Of a stretch of 64,000 nucleotides of DNA, positions 1 through 13,590 are shown piece after piece. The position numbers and the translations under genes are program-made. The stretch is taken from positions 6,187,078 through 6,251,077 of the forward strand of contig MU054001.1 of NCBI GenBank assembly GCA_013239625.1, read 5' to 3'. Within the stretch, counting starts at the first letter, position 1, and each line of letters opens with the position of its first letter. The notes under the pieces were generated by a model that saw only the letters and a list, made by a program, of their open reading frames with translations, made no database searches and was not told the DNA's origin. The stretch comes from Lama guanicoe. Taxonomy: Eukaryota.

Positions 1-674
1 TTCTGCAGCATGGAATACCTAATTGCATTCAGTAATTACATGGGAAGCTGCAGTGTGGAAAGTAAAGAGTTACCAAAATAACACGTTGCCTCTGACAAAA
101 TGCGAGGAAAATTATCATTCTGGCTCCAGCAGAAGCAGCTGCTTGCCATGAGGCTGGTGCCCTCCTGCTTCTCTGGGCATCTCTGCCACCCTTGCTTATG
201 GGTGTGAAACTGCCAGGGACGCTCTGAGAGCTGAGGCTTGTGGTTGCAACATGTCTTTCTCTGAAACAAGTTATGTGGACTCCTTTCATACTTGAAAAAG
301 GCTGTGTTTCAAAAATCAATTCCCAGGCATCTGCCATTCTACCTTCTGAAAGATTTTCTTCAAAGATGAAGGCACTTCAGTATGGGGTCCTGATGTCTTA
401 GTTATCCAGCTCTGAGAACCTGCCAACATGCACTCTGGATCCCAGTGTGAGCCCATCTACCCCAATAAACAGCAGGAATCAAAATCCTTTGCATTGGCAT
501 GGTACTGTCTTCTCAAAGAGGTTCCATTTTAAACTCGACTTCTACCCTATTTGATTTATAAGACAGGGATGATTGTCACAATTTGATGGAGAATAAACTT
601 GAGAAAAATGAAAGGATGCAGGATGAGTTAAGACTGATCCTAACTCATACAGAGCGTGTGACCTCCTTTTTGCT

Positions 675-677
<3 letters not shown>

Positions 678-719
<42 letters not shown>
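678..719. repeat. (CA)n microsatellite, ~21 units
   Basis: Uninterrupted acacac run in the sequence. Confidence 0.97.
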
Positions 720-720
<1 letters not shown>

Positions 721-1689
721 AGTTAGAGGTGTCAATTAACAGTGATTATCTGCTGCCTGATTATTTCCCTCAGGAGATATGAGACCACTCCCAGTATTTT
801 CTTATCTTGACCTTGGTTAATCCACCACAGGATAAAAAATTAACTTTTTAAATCAAAGTATGGATCTATCTGTGATCTCCCTCATTCCAGCCAATTTACA
901 GTTGACTGTGTATGACCTCAAGTATTCGCAAAAAGGAAAAACTCATAGTGCTATACTATACCAGTCTGCTTTGAGCCTCGGGATTCCTAGCATTGGTATG
1001 TGAATTCCATGAAAATTAATGTATCAACAAAGACCTTTAGAAAGTTCCTCAAAAGATGATAACAGAAAAAAACCAAAGAAACTACAGACCAAGCATTAGA
1101 CAGTCTCTGAAATAATTCTCTTCAATCATTATTAAAAGAACACTATTGCAAAAAAAAATCATAAAAAAAGATTGCAAACCTCATCTCATAAGATGTTTAG
1201 TTACTAAGGTGGACTCTGTCAGGGAGAAAACTAAGGTAGAGATGGCAGTGGAAGGTCAGAATCCAGGGTAAGAGGGAATACACCCCAGAGGGGTCTTGAT
1301 ACAGCTTTGTGATTTTTGTACAATATAAAATGTTACTACAAAATAAGAGCACTGGGGAGGTGGTGTTCAGAGATCCCCCTACCTGCTCTGATGGGGCACA
1401 GTGTCCACTAAGGATCCGTGGTGGGTCTACCACATAGGGTCATTGGGCCAAGGAAGTTGTGAGGAAACTGAAGTCACCAGACGGTGGGTCGGCAGAGGGG
1501 AGCTGTCCCTGCTGCTCAGTGACCTCTAGCCTTCTAGCTGACTGGTTATTGTTCTTCTGGGTGCTTAGAAAACATTACCCAGAGGCACTTAGCAACTTTC
1601 TAACCACAGCAAAAAGAAAACGAGGTCTGAGTAATTTTGTGAAGAAAATGGGAAACAGTTTTCTGTACCTAGAAGACACTTAATAAATA

Positions 1690-1795
1690 AGAGGAGAGAA
1701 AAAGGAAGAGAGAGAAAGAGGAGGAGGAGGGTGGAAGGAGAGGAAGGAAGAGGAAGACGAGGAGGGGGAGGAGGAGAAGGAGAAGAAAGAGAAAC
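1690..1795. repeat. Purine-rich (GGA/GAA) low-complexity tract
   Basis: Almost exclusively G/A: gaggaggaggg...gaaggagaagaaagagaaa. Confidence 0.85.
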
Positions 1796-2129
1796 AGCCC
1801 CTATTTTCTGCATGGTTTTGGCATTACGTTGTGTCCAGGCAGATTGTCATAGCTGGCGTTTCAAGTCAACCCATGTTGAGACAGCAGTGCCGGGAACATG
1901 TATAGATGAAGTCGGTGGATTTAAGGGGTAGGCAGGCCACAGACCCCAAAATAGTTCTTCCCCTGGCTTGACAAGGCATACAAGGTGGTGATTATTTCAG
2001 GTTCCTCTATTTAAATGTAAATAACTCTGGAAAAGTAATACATGATAAGAGTCATTAACCATCAATGTGATTAGTTTATCAGATCACTTTCCCACTAGAC
2101 TCCTAAGAAATCCTGGTTCAAGATTTACC

Positions 2130-2270
2130 TTGACTTAGGTACTAGTTTGTCATCCTGGTTAAGTCCCTTAGCCTCAGTGTGTCTCCATTTCCTCTGTTAT
2201 ATAAACAGCATGGTTTGTCCCATCTGCCTCTCCAGACACTTTAAGAATTGAATGAGGTAATGTGAAAGTT
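2130..2270 (+). mobile_element. MIR SINE fragment
   Basis: MIR-core-like tactagtttgtcatcctggttaagtcccttagcctcagtgtgtctccatttcctctgtta. Confidence 0.55.
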
Positions 2271-2459
2271 ATAAAGCAACAAAGACACTAGGGAGTTATT
2301 ACAGCTAGAATTGGAAACACTGGGAGCCCGAGGGGAAAGGGCCTGAAGGGCAAAAACCACATTACAGCCTAAGGACCAGTCCTGGACGCAAGCCTATTTT
2401 CATAAAAGCTATGCCTTGTAATTCAAAGAAAGCATTGAATTTAGAGTCAGAGACCTAGT

Positions 2460-3190
2460 TTTTAAAACTATCAAACAGGAGAGTAGACAAGGATTATGAG
2501 AAGGAAGTTAAGTGATGAAAGATGCAAATGGCCAAAAATACTTGAAAAAATATCCAATCTCACCAGTAATATAAGAAAGGCAAATGAGAACAGCAAGATG
2601 CCATTTCCACCCATGAGAATTTTAAAAAATATGTTTTTAAATACTATTACTCAAAGTATATGAGCATAGAGAAAATTGAGCTGCTGATGGTCGTACAAAT
2701 TGGACTACGTAGCAACATGGATCAAAAGACCTTAAGCTGTGTGACCCAGCAATTCCAATTCCTCGGACTTTTCGTGAAGAAATAGATAAGGATATGCATA
2801 AACATTTATCGACAAGCTTTCTTTTACAATATTGCTTATAATCACAAAGACAATAGAAATTATCTAAAAGTCCAACAAAAAAGTAGTCATAAATTGTGAT
2901 ACAAACCCACAATTATATAATATTATGTACTATTTTGAAAAGCTGTAAAAAATATATTTGACATAGGAAAAAACACCTAGTAACTTTCTAAGTGAAAAAT
3001 ATTGTTGTAAAACAGGATACACAGTATTAAATCATGTATCTTCTTTTTGTCTATCTAATCTATATCAAAGAATACTTACCAAAATGTTAATAGTAGTACC
3101 CTATGGATGTGGGACCATAAAGTATTTTTATTTTCTTCTTTGTTTATCTGTATCTCTGAAATTTCCACAATTAGCTTTTTTATCTATGCA
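2460..3190 (+). mobile_element. Old L1 (L1ME/L1MC-like) ORF2 3' end and 3'UTR
   Basis: gatgcaaatggccaaaaatacttgaaaaaatatccaatctcaccagtaat and gacccagcaattccaatt are typical L1 3' motifs. Confidence 0.75.
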
Positions 3191-3294
3191 AAAAATATTT
3201 GTTTTAAGAGACATCGAGAAATTCCAATAGGAGTAGAGCTTTTTAGATTTGAGCCAAGGATTTCCAGTCTATAAAATGTGGGAAGAGGGGAGAC

Positions 3295-3790
3295 ATTAAC
3301 ACATTTTACAGATATTTAATATGCACCTACAATGTGCCAGGCAGTGTTCTGGGCATGTGGGATTCCAACAGTGAAAAAGGAAAATAGGTTCCTGCAAACA
3401 GGGAGGTTACATCCTAGTGGAAGAGACAGACACACAGAAATAAATAAATTAATGGTATGTATTATAAAGAAATGAAAAGATCATGAGATAGAGAGTGGGC
3501 TAGGAACAGGGGCAACTTTGGACTGGGTGATAAAGGAAGGCAAATGAGAGAAGGAGGAAGCCATGGAAAACATCTGAGGGAAAAGCATTAGGTAAGGCTC
3601 TGAGCGCCCAGAGTGCAGCTTGGTATGGCATGAACCACAGAGAGAGAGCAGACTGAGATGGAGTCAGGGAGGTGGGCGGAGACCAGATCATGCAGAGCCT
3701 TCCAGGCCCTGGTGTAAAACTTGAATTGTATTCCATGTGCCATGGGAGGCCAATTAGGGGATTTTAAGACAGAGAGCGACACTCAGACTG
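3295..3790 (-). mobile_element. L2 LINE 3' fragment
   Basis: atatttaatatgcacctacaatgtgccaggcagtgttctggg and gaccagatcatgcagagccttccaggcc match the antisense L2 pattern. Confidence 0.75.
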
Positions 3791-4212
3791 TTGAGAAAAC
3801 ATATTTCAGTGACTTAGTGTTGACTTTTTCAGATTTCTCACATAAAATGCAAATACTCTTTATGGAGACAGAATCTTAATTGAAATCGATTCGTCATACT
3901 CCCTCTATCTGTTCATTGCGGTCCAGGCAGAGTGAAAACATAGGGTGTCTGACTAGGAGACTCTGAATGCAGGGAGAAGTGTTTCAAAAAGCAAAAGCAC
4001 ACATGCGTCTGAGACCAAAAAAGAAAAAAAATTTGCCAAGGGCAGATATTGAAAAAATATCTTCCAGCATGGTGAGAGAGAGAGATTATTAAATTTGGAA
4101 TCAAACAGTGTTACATTCAAAATCTGGTTCACTGTTCTCCTACCTACCAACCTTGGGCAATTTCCATTCTTAGAAAGTTGGTTGCAAAAGCACATGGAAT
4201 GGGCATTATTCG

Positions 4213-4578
4213 GTGTTAAGGACTGAATGTGTGTGTACTCCCAAGATTTATATATTGAAATCCCACCCCTGCAATGTGATGTCATTAAGAGGTAAAGAAT
4301 TTGAGAGGTAATTAGGATTAGATGAGGTAGTGAGGGTGGAGCCGTGTTGAATGGGATTAGTCCCCGTGGAAGTGTCACCAAAGAGCTTGCTCTCTGTTCT
4401 CCACCATGTGAGGATACAACAAAAAGTTGGCAGCCTGCAGCCTGGAAAAGAGCCCTCATCAGACTTTAACTAAGCTGGTATCAGTCTCCTAGCTTCTAGA
4501 ATTGTAAGGAATCAATTTCTGTCATTTATAAGTTACACAATCTGCGGTATTTTTGGTTATAGCAGCCCACCTAAAACA
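4213..4578 (+). mobile_element. MaLR solo LTR (MLT1A-like)
   Basis: Begins tgttaaggactgaatgtgtgtgtactcccaagatttatatattgaaatccc and ends ttggttatagcagcccacctaaaaca. Confidence 0.85.
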
Positions 4579-4788
4579 CTTCGAATGCACTGAAATTGTC
4601 TCAGTCACCTCTGTGAACTCCTGAATTAACTTATGCATGGTAGGAGCACGTTAGGATTTAACCCAATATCGTACAACATGCCCTGCTCTGCTAGATGCTG
4701 GGGTTTCAAAGATGAGTCAGACAGCACTAATTTCCATGTGACTCCATGCCCCCTTTTTCTCAGACAGTGATGAATTTTGGAAGTAGTC

Positions 4789-4877
4789 TTTGGCCAAGAA
4801 ATCTTCTTAAGCTAAAAATAACAGGATGGATATTTTTGGCAAAGAAATCTTCTTGAGCTAATCAAAGGATGGATATT
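4789..4877. repeat. Imperfect tandem duplication, ~45-bp unit x2
   Basis: tttggc(c/a)aagaaatcttctt(a/g)agcta...ggatggatatt occurs twice in a row. Confidence 0.9.
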
Positions 4878-6489
4878 AAAGGATTTTTAAATGTCTGTGT
4901 GACTCTCCATCAGTGTGGAAGAGTTCTGCTTTGGGGGATATTTCTTGTTCTGAATTAACTAGCATGGTGAGCTGGAATTCACATCGAGTGTTTGGGGGGA
5001 TTTGGCAAGATGGCAACAGTTTCCGCAGTGTAAATTGTTTATGACTGATGCTAACGCCTGCTCATTTGATTTAATGTGTGATGTGCTATTCAACTGCATG
5101 CCTGGAGAGGAGAAACGGGGTTGGGGGGTAGAATTTCTCCTAATAGTCAATCTTGTCCATAATTGCTATGTCTGCCTGCAAAATAAATTCACAAATTTTT
5201 TTTAAAAAAAAACCAATTCTATGAAACAATGAACTGAGGAACCTGGAGAAAATCTGACACAACATGAATAGGGATGTGGAGGAAGAGGCCAAGCTAAAGC
5301 GACTGCTATAGAGAAGGAGTCTTGTTGGCGCCTGTTGGAGAAAAAGGAACTGAGGTTAATTCTAAAGATAAAAGGGCGTTCTAATGATAACTTTCCAAGA
5401 GCGCTCCCACAGATTCCATCTGCCTATCAGCGCCCCATCACAGCTGTCCACATCTTTAAAGCAAGGGAAGAGTGTTGCTGGGAGGGAACATTCAGGGGCA
5501 AATACCATGATGGTTGGATGTCTGCCCACCTCTGCCTTCGCTATCCCAAATAAACAATTGGTACCCTAAGCCATGAACTGAAAATCCCAAACACAGTTTG
5601 GCCACCTCTCCCAAATCGTAGCCTTGTCTTCAGTGCTGATCTGAGGTAAACAGACCCTCATCCCTCTAACTCAACTAACTCGGAACAAAAACATGTCTGG
5701 TCAAAGCCATCTGTCCTTCAGAAGTTGGAGTTCTCCTTAAAAGTTTAAAGTTTTCCTTAAAAAATGTGCTAATGGAGAGAGGGACCAAAATTTCAAATAT
5801 TTCTGCTCTCTCCTGGTTCACTGCTAAATCTAGTTTAATTTCAGACCTCTATGTGACAAAATATATATGACTCAAATACGTGACAATTTATCAATCATTA
5901 TCAAAAAAAAAAAAATCACTCAGGTCACAGGTGGGAAGGTGGGACCATTTGGCCTTGGAGTCACTCACAAAATTCCAAAATGACAAAAGGATCTTCAAAA
6001 ATCTGTGGAGTTGAACTCGGTAGCTGTTTCTAAAGAACGCTTTTCCAATCAAGTGAAAACATTGGGATGGAAATGGAAGCCCCTGAAGTATCGTTTATCT
6101 TGGGTTAGTTCTCTGGCAAGCAGACTCAGGTGGAGATTTTCAGGCTGGATTGCAAAGTTAGCCAGGGATACCATCAATGAAAATGAAAATGAGTGTGGCA
6201 AAGCAGACTGGGAGGAAACAATAAGGAGTTTGGCATAGGGTAGTTCTGAAGCGCCAAAGAGAAGTTGGGGCTGGACGACCTTTCTGGTGTCCACACGAAT
6301 GATGTTCTGAACTTTGGTCACCTGCACCCTCTACCTTCTTGTTTACAATTTTTTTCTTTATTGTAAACAATATACAGATGTAGCTTCTGAGGGAGTTGAG
6401 GACGAGAACTGGAATTAGGGAGTTACAGGGAAAGGAGCATTTGACATCCGGGATTTGAACATACCAAAGATATGCAGGAATCAACTGTT

Positions 6490-6790
6490 ATCATTCTGAC
6501 AAACATTGGCTAATCTGATAGGCAAAGAATGGTTCCCTTACTGTGGTTTAAATCTGCGTGTCTTTGATTATACTTGAAGTTGCACATTTTTCCATATGTT
6601 TGTTTACTCCTTTGCATTTCTTATTTTGTGAATCATCTGTTCATGTCCTTCGCCCATTTATCTAGTTTGGTTTTAAATATTTTCATAATCAGTTTTAGGA
6701 GTTCTCTATGTAACAAAACTAGTAACCCAATGTCATGTGGCTCGCAAATATTTTTTCCTGGTGTTTGCCTTTTCATTTAAGTTCTGGTTT
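6490..6790 (-). mobile_element. Old L1 ORF2 3' fragment
   Basis: tgtggtttaaatctgcgtgtctttgattatacttgaagttgcacatttttccatatg and ctgttcatgtccttcgcccatt. Confidence 0.75.
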
Positions 6791-6849
6791 TCATTTTGTT
6801 TTACATACGTATGCTTTTCACACTTACTCTTCAACTTAAAATGTTTCTG

Positions 6850-7190
6850 CACTCAATTTCTGAGTATGGTATACAAGGTCCATTGGGGTCTGGCTCCTTC
6901 CACCTCTCCCCTGGCAATTCTGCTCAGAAAAATTCCCAGGCTCCGGACATCTTCAACTATCTCTTCCTGCAAGTGCAAAGATCTGTCTCATACTTCTAAG
7001 GCTTAACACATCTGCCCAGAATGCCCTTCCTGACACTACCAATCAAGATAGCTTCCAGCCCTTCAGAATCCAGCTCAAGCGTCTCTCTGAGGTAGTGTGG
7101 TGGAGAGGTTCAGTGCACAGGCTCCAGAATGAGAGGTTCTGGGCTAGAGTCTCAGGCCTGCAATTTCCTCATCTTTCAGCAAGAATAAAA
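6850..7190 (+). mobile_element. L2 fragment followed by MIR fragment
   Basis: gagtatggtatacaaggtccattggggtctggctcc (L2-like); ggcctgcaatttcctcatct (MIR-like). Confidence 0.55.
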
Positions 7191-7194
7191 GTAA

Positions 7195-7748
7195 TTGTTC
7201 CCCAAATATTAAACATAGAGTTACCACATGATCCAGAAATTTCATTCCTAGGCACATGCTCAAGAAAATTAAAACACATCTTCAAATAAAAACTTGTACA
7301 CGAGTGTTCATAGCAACATTATTCATAGTAACCAAAAATAGAAACAATCTAAATGTCCATTAACTGATGAATTGCTAAACACAATGTGGTATAGCAATAA
7401 AATGGAGTATTATTCAGGCATACAGAGGACTGGAATACAGATACACACAACATAGATGACCCTTAAAGATGTTAAGTGAAGGAAGCTAGACACAAAAGAA
7501 CACATATTACGTGATACTACTTATATGAAATGTCCAGAACAGGTAAATTCATAGAGAAAGAAGGCAGAGATTAGTGGTTGCCAGGGGCTGAAGCGTGGGA
7601 AATGGGGTGTGTGTGGCAGTTTCTTTTTGAAGTGATAAGAATGTTTGAAACTAGATAGTGGTGATAGTTACACAGCCAAAACTGGATTATATGCCTTAAA
7701 TTACTGAATTTTATGTCATATAAAATTTACCTTAATACAAAAAAAAAT
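7195..7748 (+). mobile_element. L1 (L1MB/MC-like) 3' end with A-tail
   Basis: aaacatagagttaccacatgatccagaaatttcattcctagg...gattagtggttgccaggggctg...aatacaaaaaaaaa. Confidence 0.85.
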
Positions 7749-8360
7749 TGCCTATGCCACAGTGAGATCATGTGACTAAAGGAGACAACGCCAGTCTGGG
7801 GCACAGAGTGTGGCTGGGCTGCTGTGCCAAGCTGACTGGGCACTTGGCACAGGGGACGGATGGCACAGAGTGAGTGCTGCCCCATCTTTCCAAGCTCCAG
7901 GCAGAGCTGTGCCCCTTGAAACTCCTTCTCCTCATCCAACCCAGCACTTGTACATAGAGCAGTCTTTGCTTTACCTGCCTGGGGGCTCCCTGTGAAAAGG
8001 GCTGGGTTGCGATCAGCTTTACATCCCTGGTACCCAGCATAGGGTCTGGAATATACATTTGTTACTAGATAAGTTGAGAGTTGCCATGGCTTCAAACTCA
8101 GCTGCAAATGGAGTTGGTCTAAATCCTAGAAACACGTGTGTCTGCTGAGTATGAACCTGGAAGATCAGCTGGAACCCCAGAATTGAAACAGATCATAAAT
8201 ATCACTTTTTAATTCCATTCCACCTTTTATTGCAGGAGGAAACCAAGACCTAAAAGGTTGTATAATACATTCAGGCAAAATGAAGGGAAGGAAAAGAGAA
8301 GTAGATTCAAGACAACTATCTGAGGACACCCCCACCCAGCACCTCTAAGACCATGATCAA

Positions 8361-8741
8361 TGTTGTGGACAGAATTGTGTGCTCCCAAACTCATACATCA
8401 CAGCCTTAACCGCCAGTGTGACTGTATTTGGAGACTGGGCCTTTAAAGAGGTAATTAAGGTTATATGAAGTTATAAGGGTGGGGCCCTGATCCAGTGGTA
8501 CTGGTGTCTTTATAAGAAGAGGAAGGGATGCCAGCAGTGTGTGTGCACAGAGAAAAGACCATGTGAGGACACAGGGAGAAGGCGGCTGTCTGCAAGCCGA
8601 GGAGAGAGGCCTTGGGAGACAACAATCCTGCCAACATCGTGATCTGGGACTCCCAGCCTCCAAGAACTAAAAGAAGACAATTTCTGTTGTCTGAGCCACC
8701 CAGCCTGTGCCATTTGTTACAAAGCCCTAGAAAATTGATAC
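8361..8741 (+). mobile_element. MaLR solo LTR (MLT1B-like)
   Basis: tgttgtggacagaattgtgtgctcccaaa...gaggtaattaagg...ccatgtgaggacacagggagaagg...aaattgataca. Confidence 0.88.
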
Positions 8742-10669
8742 AGTCACTGACCAGCTGTTGGATGCCTGCTCAGAGCTGTCCTACCCACAAGAAGGAAGAC
8801 ACCCCAAATGATGGATCCAGGTGAAGGTGAGGGCCAAGGGAGTGGGGCCTCCTCCTCCTCCCACCCTCAGGGCTACCTTTTCCTGTAAATTAACCCCATG
8901 AATGGTTTAAGACACAAGCACTAAATTAAAAAGATCACTCTGCGCTGCAAGTTCTCCTTACTGTCTTAGTTTATATGCTTAAAATTCTTTTACTTTTAGT
9001 TAACACATTTTTTAAAAAGCAGAATTAAATGCAAATCCTTGCAGAGCTTGTCTGACTCCTGTAATGCTTAACTGCATAAAAATTTCAGTGTATTATTTAT
9101 ATCCAGATATGCTGCAGCTGAATTTCACATGTAAGTGTTCCAAATTCCAAGTTCCTTAACTGAAAAGAAAAAAAAATCTCCTCACTGCTGCTTGCATTTT
9201 TCTTTCATCTTTTATTAAAGAATCTTTTAACACTTTAGAATGTGGCCCTCTTACACACCAGAGATCCCCCAAACCAAGTTGACACCTTGCTTTAATTCAC
9301 AAAAGAATAGAAATCCAACACATCTGGAAAGAGTTCAACCTGTTTATAAACACTCTACAAGCGGAGGGAAAGGCAAGAACTGTCCTGGGTTCTGAATAAG
9401 TACTTGCCTTGCCTCCCAGAGGACAAGAAATGCTTGGCTTCTTCTAATAGCATCCATAGCCTGTACATTTGTACCCTTAAAATCAAGTGTGTAACTCCCG
9501 CATGGTGAGATTCAGGGAGCCATCAAACAAATAGATCTGAGACCCAAAATCTTCAGGCCGGTTATACTTAAGGAAGCAGTGATGCCAATGGGACACTAAC
9601 CCACCTCAAAAAGAAGCACCAGGATACAGGGAAGGGAACACACCATGCTGCAAGCAGAGACAGAGCCCGGTTCCAGCACCCAGCGAGCAGGACTGGAGTT
9701 GTGAGAGAGGAAGTCAGGAAACCCCCACCCCTGCCCCAACCACCTTCTCTATGGTTCTCTCCTTAGGTTAACGTTCCAGTTGCATCTGGACAGCCTGGCC
9801 TTTGCTTTCACAGTGAGAGGGAGAGAGAGAATCAAAGCCATGCTCTTTTGGAGGATGGCCTTGCTTGGAGAGAGAACAGCTCCTCCAGCCACGCTTCTGA
9901 CCAAGATGAAGAAGACCCAAGTCTAGTCCCTCTTCCTGCTCCAGCTGTGTGGCCTTATGATGTCCACACAATCTCAACAAAAGTATGAGTCTGTCTTGGT
10001 GTCCCTTGGAATTCTGAGTTCCAGGAGTCCAAGAACTTGCATGAGGGCTGTAGAACACTCTCCTAGGGCAGAGCCTGGGGAGCTCCTCCATCTCTCCTGG
10101 CCGGTTACGGTAGCCCTCCAGGCCCCAGAAGCTCCAGCCTTCAGAGGCAGTTTCCTCCTCAGCCCACGAAGATGAGAAGAGTGAGCTGGGCTTAGAGTGG
10201 GCTCTGTCTCTGGGGAGAATCGTCGCTGTGCTGTCAATGACTCAGAGGACATTTCCTAGAGGAGGTGGTTTGCAGGAGCAGGCAGCTGGAACTTTCAGTA
10301 AGAGTGAATGAAAAAAGCTGAGACACTGTGGGAAAATCGGAAGCTCTCAGGGACTGAAGGGAGAAGACTTTGTCTGCAGAAAGCAGAGAGGCTGTGAGGA
10401 TAGACACCAGCTCTGGCACCCAGCACGGGACACCCCAGTGGTGCATGGGTTCACCCAGGCGCCATCCTCATGTGGGTGGGCTGAGTGCACAGAGGGGGCT
10501 CTCAGAGCCAGGGCGGGGAGATTATTCCCAAAGGAAGGGTGAAGACTTAAGTGTTTCACTCCCACGGTTCAGAGGAGGAAGGGCAAAGAAGGCTGGAAAG
10601 AGGCCTTCCTGAATCTTCAGAGATCATGGCGAGGGAGGGATGAGACACTCCTCAAATAACACGACACTC

Positions 10670-10890
10670 ATGAGAGCTCATATTTGTTAAGTGATTGTAT
10701 GTGAAGCAACATACTAAGCACCTTACGTTTGTTACCCCATTTGATCCTACAAAACTCGTCAGGCATGCATATTATTATTGCATGTTTTAGACGAGAATCT
10801 GGAGGCAGGGATGACTCAGTAACTTGCCCAAAGCCACACAGTTAGAAAACTGCCAGGCAGGGGGGTTGATCCCACCGGTTCAAAGAGAAC
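10670..10890 (-). mobile_element. MIR SINE
   Basis: attattattgcatgttttagacgagaatctggaggcagggatgactcagtaacttgcccaaagccacacagttag. Confidence 0.75.
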
Positions 10891-11207
10891 TTGAGTTTTC
10901 ATCCTTTTAAAGATTCCCTAAGCATAGTCTTGTTGTTACCTCCTAAAAATGAAAATGTGTGGGAATCTGTCTTAAGAAACTGGAAAGTGGGAGCTGGAGG
11001 GGGACTATGGCTCCAAGTAGCTTCCAGGCAAAGAGGACGTGGTGAGGAAAGCACTGGGGAGTCAGGGACGTGGGGACAGCAGTGGTTGCACGGCCTGAAA
11101 GCTGAGTCCACAACACCCTTTAATTAAAAGGCAGAGAAACACTGTTTGTTACTCATCTGCTGTAACTTACCAAGCCTCTGACTTGGCGGTTGGATCAACC
11201 CTGGTTT

Positions 11208-11607
11208 GCTATGGGCTGAATGTTTATGTCCCCATCAAAATTCATATGTTGAAGCCTTAACCCACAATGTGATGGTATTGGGAGGTGGGTTCTTTGGAGG
11301 TAACTAGGTTTAGATTAAGTCATGAGGGTGGAGCCCTCATGATGAGATTAGCACCCTTAGAAGAGGAAGAGATGAGGGAGCGTGCTCGCTCTCTTTCCCC
11401 GCCAGCCCACAAAGAGGGGGTCCTGTGAGCACACAGCGAGATGGCTGTCTGCAAGCTGGAAAGAGGGTCCTCACTGAGAACCGAATCTGCAGGTGCCTTG
11501 ATCTTGGATTAGAATTCTAGCCTCCATAAATGTGAGACATAAATGTCTGTTGTTCATGCTACACAGTCTGTGGTGTTTTGCTAAGGCAGCCCGAGCTGAC
11601 TAAGATA
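11208..11607 (+). mobile_element. MaLR solo LTR (MLT1A-like)
   Basis: tgctatgggctgaatgtttatgtccccatcaaaattcatatgttgaagcc...gcagcccgagctgactaagata. Confidence 0.9.
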
Positions 11608-13419
11608 GGGTTCTTGGCTGCAAGCAACAAAAACAAAGGGAATCCGTTGAAGACATCAGGGCGCTGGTGGAAATAATGGGCAGTGGGTGTGGAACGGGTG
11701 AGAAACAAGAAGGTGCCGAAACGTCAGGAGCTGGGCATCGGGAAGGACAGCAGCTTTTCATACCTGAGCAGCCGGTGTGGGACACCTTCTGTTCACGTGT
11801 CTTTTGCTCTGAGTCTAATTCCCCAGAAGTCCTGTTCCACTGTCCAGTCCCCTGCAAACCAGGGGGTGGGAAGTGAGAGGCAGGCTCTATCTTCCTCAGT
11901 TTCTGTAGTGGGAAGAGGGACCTGGAGCTTGCCCTCCCCCAAGGCAGCAAATGATGGGAAGGAGGAAACTCCTGGAAGGAACCCGGGTGCTGCTGAGCAG
12001 GAAGATGAATTCTGAGTGGGCAATAGTGAGAAGGCACACTTAGGTGCAGATGGGACAGCTGTGTCTGTGGGAAGGGAGGACACCGTCCTCCCTGGAAAGT
12101 CCTCTCCTTCCGGATGCCCAGAGCCTCTGGGACCACAGGAAATCCTACCACCCAGAGGCACTGTCATCTGTCCAGGGAGCAGAAAGCTGGAGGGAATGGA
12201 ATTGAGGGCCAGTCTGCAGGAAGCAGCAGGCTGGGCAAAAGGAACTTCAAGGCACCGAGACGGAATGAATAAAGCTACTCCAGGAAAACAGGGGCATAAA
12301 AAGAAATCATAAAATTACCCACTAAAGAGAACTTTTAGCTGCACTTGGCAGGGTGCCAGGAACCCAGAGGCATGGATAGACAGGAGCAGGCTGCATTGTC
12401 CCTTTTAAAGAGTCTCAGGAGCAGGGTCCCATCTTCCCCCACTTGCATACCTTCCTGTCCCAGCAGGAAGAAGCCGCTGATGCTTTTTTAAAGCTCATTA
12501 CATTCTGTTTTCACTTCCATTTGACCTCCCTTTGCATTAATTTTTTTTTTTTGCTTTCTCGTTTCAGGGCTGCTGGATTTAGAAGGCAGGGTTGGGGTGC
12601 AGGCAGAGACTGGGGGCAGCAGAAGGGAGGGAGGGACAAGAGGACATGGACAAGGGCCATGACAGATGAGCTACAGGAGTCTGGACCCCTGGCCTCTCTT
12701 CCCGGTGACGCCACTGACCCACTTCCACACCCTGGACACTGGGCCACCCCTAACCCAAAGGACATCTTTGTGCAAAACAGAAAAAGGTGTCCTTTCCTCC
12801 AGCAGATGCAGCCCATGGGCAGCTTGGCTATCTTATCACAGGTAGTAGCTCAGTTTCCTCACTTCTCTGCTGAGTTCCTTATACAGTGAAAAACTTGCAC
12901 AACTGTACATGGCAGCTCTGTTTAGACGAATCATATAATTTCTGTGCCTCTGTTTCCTCATCTGCAAAAAACAAACAATACCAGCTGCCCTGCTTGTGTT
13001 GTATGTGTGAGTCCTTTTACCTTTTTATTGCAGAAGATAATGCACAAATAGAAGAGTGTGTGAAATACATGTACAATGTCCCAGGGTCATTTCAGAGGAA
13101 AATGAAAGGTGCTAAGTTAACCTAACAGGTTATTGAGTCAGAGCCAAGGGATTTCATACCTTCAAAGGACTGTCCTTCTGACTAGGTTGACTGTCTGCTT
13201 CTTGATCTGAACTGAGTCCCTTCTGGGCCTCTCCTGTGGCTCCTCCCACAGGAGGAGTTACTGCCCTGTGGTGCCAGGTTCTGGGAGGAGATGCTACAGG
13301 AGCTAGCTGGCATCATGCTGTCCCCTCCTCCTCCTTTCACCACCCAGGATGACTCACCCTGAGATGAGAAGCCTGAGTCACTCACCCACTCACACACTCA
13401 GCAACTGTCAGCATTGCAG

Positions 13420-13590
13420 ATAAGGAGTTATTTGACAGAGTCAGGTCTGCCTGACCCACTACCTCCAAGTTGTGTGACCTGCAGCAAGTCACCTTACCTC
13501 TCTGAGCCTCAGTGTTCATATCAGTAAAAGAGAAATAATAGGATCTACTTCATAGGCTTGTGGCAGTTTTACATGGGGTAAGCAGTCCAG
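13420..13590 (+). mobile_element. MIR SINE
   Basis: tgtgtgacctgcagcaagtcaccttacctctctgagcctcagtgttcatatcagtaaaagag. Confidence 0.8.

Noticed and set aside
3953..4459. 168-aa minus-strand ORF
   Set aside because: Largely an antisense reading of an MLT1 LTR.
6005..6484. Overlapping ORFs as a possible coding exon
   Set aside because: No recognisable protein similarity, and the minus-strand ORF has no polypyrimidine tract upstream.
11600..12889. Cluster of 100-183 aa ORFs
   Set aside because: Overlapping frames on both strands in moderately GC-rich DNA, partly old LTR remnants, with no recognisable domain.
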